Translations under genes and position numbers: made by a program | Assembly: GCA_964016885.1 (NCBI GenBank) | Contig: OZ024740.1 | Location: 3,286,001-3,350,000 of the forward strand | Reading direction: 5' to 3' | From: Eledone cirrhosa | Lineage: Eukaryota | DNA: 64,000 nucleotides | The notes under the pieces: model-generated | The model's database searches: none | What the model saw: only the letters and a program-made list of their open reading frames with translations | What the model was told of the DNA's origin: nothing | In this document: positions 56,601 to 64,000 of the stretch, one piece after another | Position numbering within the stretch: position 1 is the stretch's first letter | Layout: the number at the start of each line of letters is the position of its first letter

Positions 56601-59600
56601 CACAGGCAGTACAAGTTGTACCAAACTACATAGATCAGACAACACAGGCAGTCCAAGTTGTACCAAACTACATAGATCAGACAACACAGGCAGTCCAAGT
56701 TGTACCAAACTACATAGATCAGACAACACAGGCAGTCCAAGTTGTACCACTCTACATAGATCAGACAACACAGGCAGACCAAGTTGTACCAAACTAGATA
56801 GATCAGACAACACAGGCAGTCCAAGTTGTACCAAACTACATAGATCAGTCAACACAGGCAGTCCAAGTTGTACCAAACTAGATAGATCAGACAATACAGG
56901 CAGTCCAAGTTGTACCAAACTACATAGATCAGACAACACAGGCAGTCCAAGTTGTACCAAACTACATAGATCAGACAATACAGGCAGTCCAAGTTGTACC
57001 AAACTAGATAGATCAGACAACACAGGCAGTCCAAGTTGTACCAAACTACATAGATCAGACAATACAGGCAGTCCAAGTTGTACCAAACTAGATAGATCAG
57101 ACAACACAGGCAGTCCAAGTTGTACCAAACTACATAGATCAGACAATACAGGCAGTCCAAGTTGTACCAAACTACATAGATCAGACAATACAGGCAGTCC
57201 AAGTTGTACCAAACTACATAGATCAGACAACACAGGCAGTCCAAGTTGTACCGAACTATATAGATCAGACAATACAGGCAGTCAAATTTGTACCAAACTA
57301 CATAGATCAGACAACACAGGCAGTCCAAGTTGTACCAAACTACATAGATCAGACAATACAGGCAGTCCAAGTTGTACCAAACTACATAGATCAGACAATA
57401 CAGGCAGTCCAAGTTGTACCAAACTACATAGGTCAGACAATACAGGCAGTCCAAGTTGTACCAAACTACATAGATCAGACAATACAGGCAGTCCAAGTTG
57501 TACCAAACTACATAGATCAGACAACACAGGCAGTCCAAGTTGTACCAAACTACATAGATCAGACAATACAGGCAGTCCAAGTTGTACCAAACTACATAGA
57601 TCAGACAATACAGGCAGTCCAAGTTGTACCAAACTACATAGGTCAGACAATACAGGCAGTCCAAGTTGTACCAAACTACATAGATCAGACAATACAGGCA
57701 GTCCAAGTTGTACCAAACTACATAGATCAGACAACACAGGCAGTCCAAGTTGTACCAAACTACATAGATCAGACAACACAGGCAGTCCAAGTTGTACCAA
57801 ACTACATAGATCAGACAACACAGGCAGTCCAAGTTGTACCAAACTACATAGATCAGACAACACAGGCAGTCCAAGTTGTACCAAACTACATAGATCAGAC
57901 AACACAGGCAGTCCAAGTTGTACCAAACTACATAGATCAGACAATACAGGCAGTCCAAGTTGTACCAAACTAGATAGATCAGACAATACAGGCAGTCCAA
58001 GTTGTACCACAGTACATAGATCAGACAATACAGGCAGTCCAAGTTGTACCAAACTACATTGATCAGACAATACAGGCAGTCCAAGTTGTACCAAACTACA
58101 TAGATCAGACAACACAGGCAGTCCAAGTTGTACCAAACTACATAGAGCAGACAACACAGGCAGTCCAAGTTGTACCAAACTAGATAGATCAGACAATACA
58201 GGCAGTCCAAGTTGTACAAAACTACATAGATCAGACAACACAGGCAGTCTAAGTTGTACCAAACTACATAGATCAGACAACACAGCATGTCCAGGTTGTA
58301 CCAAACTACATAGATCAGACAACACAGGGTGTCCAAGTTGTACCAAACTACATAGATCAGACAACACAGGCAGTCCAAGTCGTACCAAACTAGATAGATC
58401 AGACAACACAGGCAGTCCAAGTTGTACCAAACTACATAGATCAGACAACACAGGCAGTCCAAGTTGTACCAAACTACATAGATCAGACAACACAGGCAGT
58501 CCAAGTCGTACCAAACTACATAGATCAGACAACACAGGCAGTCCAAGTTATACCAAACTACATAGATCAGACAACACAGGCATTTCAAGTTATACCAAAC
58601 TACATAGATCAGACAATACAGGCAGTCCAAGTTGTACCAAACTACATAGATCAGACAATACAGGCAGTCCAAGTTGTACCAAACTAGATAGATCAGACAA
58701 CACAGGCAGTCCAAGTTGTACCAAACTACATAGATCAGACAATACAGGCAGTCCAAGTTGTACCAAACTAGATAGATCAGACAACACAGGCAGTCCAAGT
58801 TGTACCAAACTACATAGATCAGACAATACAGGCAGTCCAAGTTGTACCAAACTACATAGATCAGACAATACAGGCAGTCCAAGTTGTACCAAACTACATG
58901 GATCAGACAACACAGGCAGTCCAAGTTGTAGCAAACTATATAGATCAGACAATACAGGCAGTCCAAGTTGTACCAAACTACATAGATCAGACAACACAGG
59001 CAGTCCAAGTTGTACCAAACTACATAGATCAGACAATACAGGCAGTCCAAGTTGTACCAAACTACATAGGTCAGACAATACAGGCAGTCCAAGTTGTACC
59101 AAACTACATAGATCAGACAATACAGGCAGTCCAAGTTGTACCAAACTACATAGATCAGACAACACAGGCAGTCCAAGTTGTACCAAACTACATAGATCAG
59201 ACAACACAGGCAGTCCAAGTTGTACCAAACTACATAGATCAGACAACACAGGCAGTCCAAGTTGTACCAAACTACATAGATCAGACAACAGAGGCAGTCC
59301 AAGTTGTACCAAACTACATAGATCAGACAACACAGGCAGTTCAAGTTGTACCAAACTACATAGATCAGACAACAGAGGCAGTCCAAGATGTACCAAACTA
59401 CATAGATCAGACAACACAGGCAGTCCAAGTTGTACCAAACTACATAGATCAGACAACACACGCAGTCCAAGTTGTACCAAACTACATAGATCAGACAACA
59501 CAGGCAGTCCAAATTGTACCAAACTACATAGATCAGACAACACAGGCAGTCCAAGTTGTACCAAACTACATAGATCAGATAACACAGGCAGTCCAAGTTG

Positions 59601-62500
59601 TACCAAACTACATAGATCAGACAACACAGGCAGTCCAAGTTGTACCAAACTAGATAGATCAGACAACACAGGCAGTCCAAGTTGTACCAAACTACATAGA
59701 TCAGTCAACACAGGCAGTCCAAGTTGTACCAAACTAGATAGATCAGACAATACAGGCAGTCCAAGTTGTACCAACCTACATAGATCAGACAACACAGGCA
59801 GTCCAAGTTGTACCAAACTACATAGATCAGACAACACAGGCAGTCCAAGTTGTACCAAACTACATAGATCAGATAATACAGGCAGTCCAAGTTGTACCAA
59901 ACTACATAGGTCAGTCAATACAGGCAGTCCAAGTTGTACCAAACTACATAGATCAGACAATACAGGCAGTCCAAGTTGTACCAAACTAGATAGATCAGAC
60001 AACACAGGCAGTCCAAGTTGTACCAATCTACATAGATCAGTCAACACAGGCAGTCCAAGTTGTACCAAACTAGATAGATCAGACAATACAGGCAGTCCAA
60101 GTTGTACCAAACTACATAGATCAGACAACACAGGCAGTCCAAGTTGTACCAAACTAGATAGATCAGACAACACAGGCAGTCCAAGTTATACCAAACTACA
60201 TAGATCAGACAATACAGGCAGTCCAAGTTGTACCAAACTACATAGATCAGACAACACAGGCAGTCCAAGTTGTACCAAACTACATAGATCAGACAATACA
60301 GGCAGTCCAAGTTGTACCAAACTACATAGATCAGACAATACAGGCAGTCCAAGTTGTACCAAACTACATAGATCAGACAACACAGGCAGTCCAAGTTGTA
60401 CCAAACTATATAGATCAGACAACACAGGCAGTCCAAGTTGTACCAAACTACATAGATCAGACAATACAGGCAGTCCAAGTTGTACCAAACTACATAGGAC
60501 AGACAATACAGGCAGTCCAAGTTGTACCAAACTACATAGATCAGACAATACAGGCAGTCCAAGTTGTACCAAACTAGATAGATCAGACAACACAGGCAGT
60601 CCAAGTTGTACCAAACTACATAGATCAGACAATACAGGCAGTCCAAGTTGTACCAAACTACATAGATCAGACAACACAGGCAGTCCAAGTTGTACCAAAC
60701 TACATAGATCAGACAATACAGGCAGTTCAAGTTGTACCAAACTACATAGATCAGACAATACAGGCAGTCCAAGTTGTACCAAACTACATAGATCAGACAA
60801 CACAGGCAGTCCAAGTTGTACCAAACTATATAGATCAGACAATACAGGCAGTCCAAGTTGTACCAAACTACATAGATCAGACAACACAGGCAGTCCAAGT
60901 TGTACCAAACTACATAGATCAGACAATACAGGCAGTCCAAGTTTTACCAAACTACATAGATCAGACAATACAGGCAGTCCAAGTTGTACCAAACTACATA
61001 GATCAGACAACACAGGCAGTCCAAGTTGTACCAAACTACATAGATCAGACAACACATGCAGTCCAAGTTGTACCAAACTACATAGATCAGACAACACAGG
61101 CAGTCCAAGTTGTAGCAAACTACATAGATCAGACAACACAGGCAGTCCAATTTGTACCAAACTACATAGATCAGACAACACAGGCAGTCCAAGTTGTACC
61201 AAACTACATAGATCAGACAACACAGGCAGTCCAAGTTGTACCAAACTACATAGATCAGACAACACAGGCAGTCCAAGTTGTACCAAACTACATAGATCAG
61301 ACAACACAGGCAGTCCAAGTTGTACCAAACTACATAGATCAGACAACACAGGCAGTCCAAGTTGTACCAAACTACATAGATCAGATAATACAGGCAGTCC
61401 AAGTTATACCAAACTACATAGATCAGACAATACAGGCAGTCCAAGTTGTACCAAACTACATAGATCAGACAACACAGGCAGTCCAAGTTGTACCAAACTA
61501 CATAGATCAGACAATACAGGCAGTCCAAGTTGTACCAAACTACATAGATCAGACAACACAGGCAGTCCAAGTTGTACCAAACTACATAGATCAGACAACA
61601 CAGGCAGACCAAGTTGTACCAAACTAGATAGATCAGACAACACAGGCAGTCCAAGTTGTACCAAACTACATAGATCAGTCAACACAGGCAGTCCAAGTTG
61701 TACCAAACTAGATAGATCAGACAATATAGGCAGTCCAAGTTGTACCAAACTACATAGATCAGACAACACAGGCAGTCCAAGTTGTACCAAACTACATAGA
61801 TCAGACAATACAGGCAGTCCAAGTTGTACCAAACTAGATAGATCAGACAACACAGGCAGTCCAAGTTGTACCAAACTACATAGATCAGACAATACAGGCA
61901 GTCCAAGTTGTACCAAACTAGATAGATCAGACAACACAGGCAGTCCAAGTTGTACCAAACTACATAGATCAGACAATACAGGCAGTCCAAGTTGTACCAA
62001 ACTACATAGATCAGACAATACAGGCAGTCCAAGTTGCACCAAACTACATAGATCAGACAACACAGGCAGTCCAAGTTGTACCGAACTATATAGATCAGAC
62101 AATACAGGCAGTCCAAGTTGTACCAAACTACATAGATCAGACAACACAGGCAGTCCAAGTTGTACCAAACTACATAGATCAGACAATACAGGCAGTCCAA
62201 GTTGTACCAAACTACATAGATCAGACAATACAGGCAGTCCAAGTTGTACCAAACTACATAGGTCAGACAATACAGGCAGTCCAAGTTGTACCAAACTACA
62301 TAGATCAGACAATACAGGCAGTCCAAGTTGTACCAAACTACATAGATCAGACAACACAGGCAGTCCAAGTTGTACCAAACTACATAGATCAGACAATACA
62401 GGCAGTCCAAGTTGTACCAAACTACATAGATCAGACAATACAGGCAGTCCAAGTTGTACCAAACTACATAGGTCAGACAATATAGGCAGTCCAAGTTGTA
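47680..62500. repeat. Sub-domain D: ~3 diverged copies of a 4.6-5.5 kb higher-order block
   Basis: CATGGATC at 48776/54320/58898 gives offsets 5544 (132 units) and 4578 (109). GGACAG sits at 50291/55793/60497. The ORF ends 51347/56849/61679 give offsets 5502 (131 units) and 4830 (115). Confidence 0.88.
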
Positions 62501-64000
62501 CCAAACTACATAGATCAGACAATACAGGCAGTGCAAGTTGTACCAAACTACATAGATCAGACAACACAGGCAGTCCAAGTTGTACCAAACTACATAGATC
62601 AGACAACACAGGCAGTCCAAGTTGTACCAAACTACATAGATCAGACAACACAGGCAGTCCAAGTTGTACCAAACTACATAGATCAGACAACACAGGCAGT
62701 CCAAGTTGTACCAAACTACATAGATCAGACAACACAGGCATTCCAAGTTGTACCAAACTACATAGATCAGACAACACAGGCAGTCCAAGTTGTACCAAAC
62801 TATATAGATCAGACAACACAGGCAGTCCAAGTTGTACCAAACTACATAGATCAGACAACACAGGCAGTCCAAGTTGTACCAAACTACATAGATCGGACAA
62901 CACAGGCAGTCCAAGTTGTACCAAACTACATAGGTCAGACAATACAGGCAGTCCAAGTTGTACCAAACTACATAGATCAGACAACACAGGCAGTCCAAGT
63001 TGTACCAAACTACATAGATCAGACAATACAGGCAGTCCAAGTTGTACCAAACTACATAGATCAGACAACACAGGCAGTCCAAGTTGTACCAAACTACATA
63101 GATCAGACAACACAGGCAGTCCAAGTTGTACCAAACTACATAGATCAGACAATACAGGCAGTCCAAGTTGTACCAAACTACATAGGTCAGTCAATACAGG
63201 CAGTCCAAGTTGTACCAAACTACATAGATCAGACAATACAGGCAGTCCAAGTTGTACCAAACTACATAGATCAGACAATACAGGCAGTCCAAGTTGTACC
63301 AAACTACATAGATCAGACAACACAGGCAGTCCAAGTTGTACCAAACTACATAGATCAGACAACACAGGCAGTCCAAGTTGTACCAAACTACATAGATCAG
63401 ACAATACAGGCAGTCCAAGTTGTACCAAACTAGATAGATCAGACAACACAGGCAGTCCAAGTTGCACCAAACTACATAGATCAGTCAACACAGGCAGTCC
63501 AAGTTGTACCAAACTAGATAGATCAGACAATACAGGCAGTCCAAGTTGTACCCAACTACATAGATCAGACAATACAGGCAGTCCAAGTTGCACCAAACTA
63601 CATAGATCAGACAACACAGGCAGTCCAAGTTGTACCAAACTACATAGATCAGACAATACAGGCAGTCCAGGTTGTACCAAACTACATAGATCAGACAATA
63701 CAGGCAGTCCAAGTTGTACCAAACTACATAGATCAGACAATACAGGCAGTCCAAGTTGTACCAAACTAGATAGATCAGACAACACAGGCAGTCCAAGTTG
63801 TACCAAACTACATAGATCAGACAATACAGGCAGTCCAAGTTGTACCAAACTACATAGATCAGACAATACAGGCAGTCCAAGTTGTACCAAACTACATAGA
63901 TCAGACAATACAGGCAGTCCAAGTTTTACCAAACTACATAGATCAGACAATACAGGCAGTCCAAGTTGTACCAAACTACATAGATCAGACAACACAGGCA

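Larger units (their letters stand above)
1..64000. repeat. 42-bp tandem satellite array, ~1524 units, single orientation, extends beyond both window edges
   Basis: Unit GTCCAAGTTGTACCAAACTACATAGATCAGACAACACAGGCA repeats head-to-tail from base 1 to 64000, mostly with 0-2 substitutions per unit. Main polymorphic unit positions are 21 (C/T/G) and 35 (C/T); lesser ones are 6, 9, 10, 26, 31 and 41-42. All ORF-track proteins show the matching 14-aa period. Confidence 0.99.

Noticed and set aside
1-64000. CRISPR array
   Set aside because: Units abut directly with no unique spacers, and there is no leader or cas gene.
1-64000. Sequencing concatemer, rolling-circle artefact or synthetic data-encoding DNA
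   Set aside because: Variants are inherited in nested, diverging blocks and regional layers, as expected from evolutionary duplication and not from random error or design. Local misassembly remains possible.
1-64000. GATC in every unit as a Dam/SeqA or iteron array; RNA genes, transposons, promoters, terminators
   Set aside because: A 4-mer in a repeat unit is expected by chance and nothing indicates a bacterial replicon. There is no non-repeat sequence, terminal repeat or convincing hairpin to support the other calls.

Overview
The whole 64-kb window is one uninterrupted head-to-tail satellite array of a 42-bp unit, consensus GTCCAAGTTGTACCAAACTACATAGATCAGACAACACAGGCA (18/42 GC; + strand A17/C11/G7/T7; no CpG). 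I saw no unique sequence, inversion or insertion, and the array runs off both ends. I found eight 1-bp deletions; 64000+8 = 1524 x 42, which fits the window starting and ending in the same unit phase, so it holds about 1524 units. Every ORF in the track is a translation of this unit: 42 is a multiple of 3 and 4 of 6 frames are stop-free in the consensus. I call no gene. The informative structure lies in the variants. They define regional sub-domains and nested segmental duplications whose offsets are all whole numbers of units (10 to 191), including an apparently perfect 5880-bp tandem duplication. They also reveal a recurring ancestral cassette and a traceable stepwise mutation series. This looks like a eukaryote-type satellite under recent turnover (inference). 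I cannot name the organism or family, and I found no support for a new gene system. All comparisons were made by eye, so boundaries are approximate.
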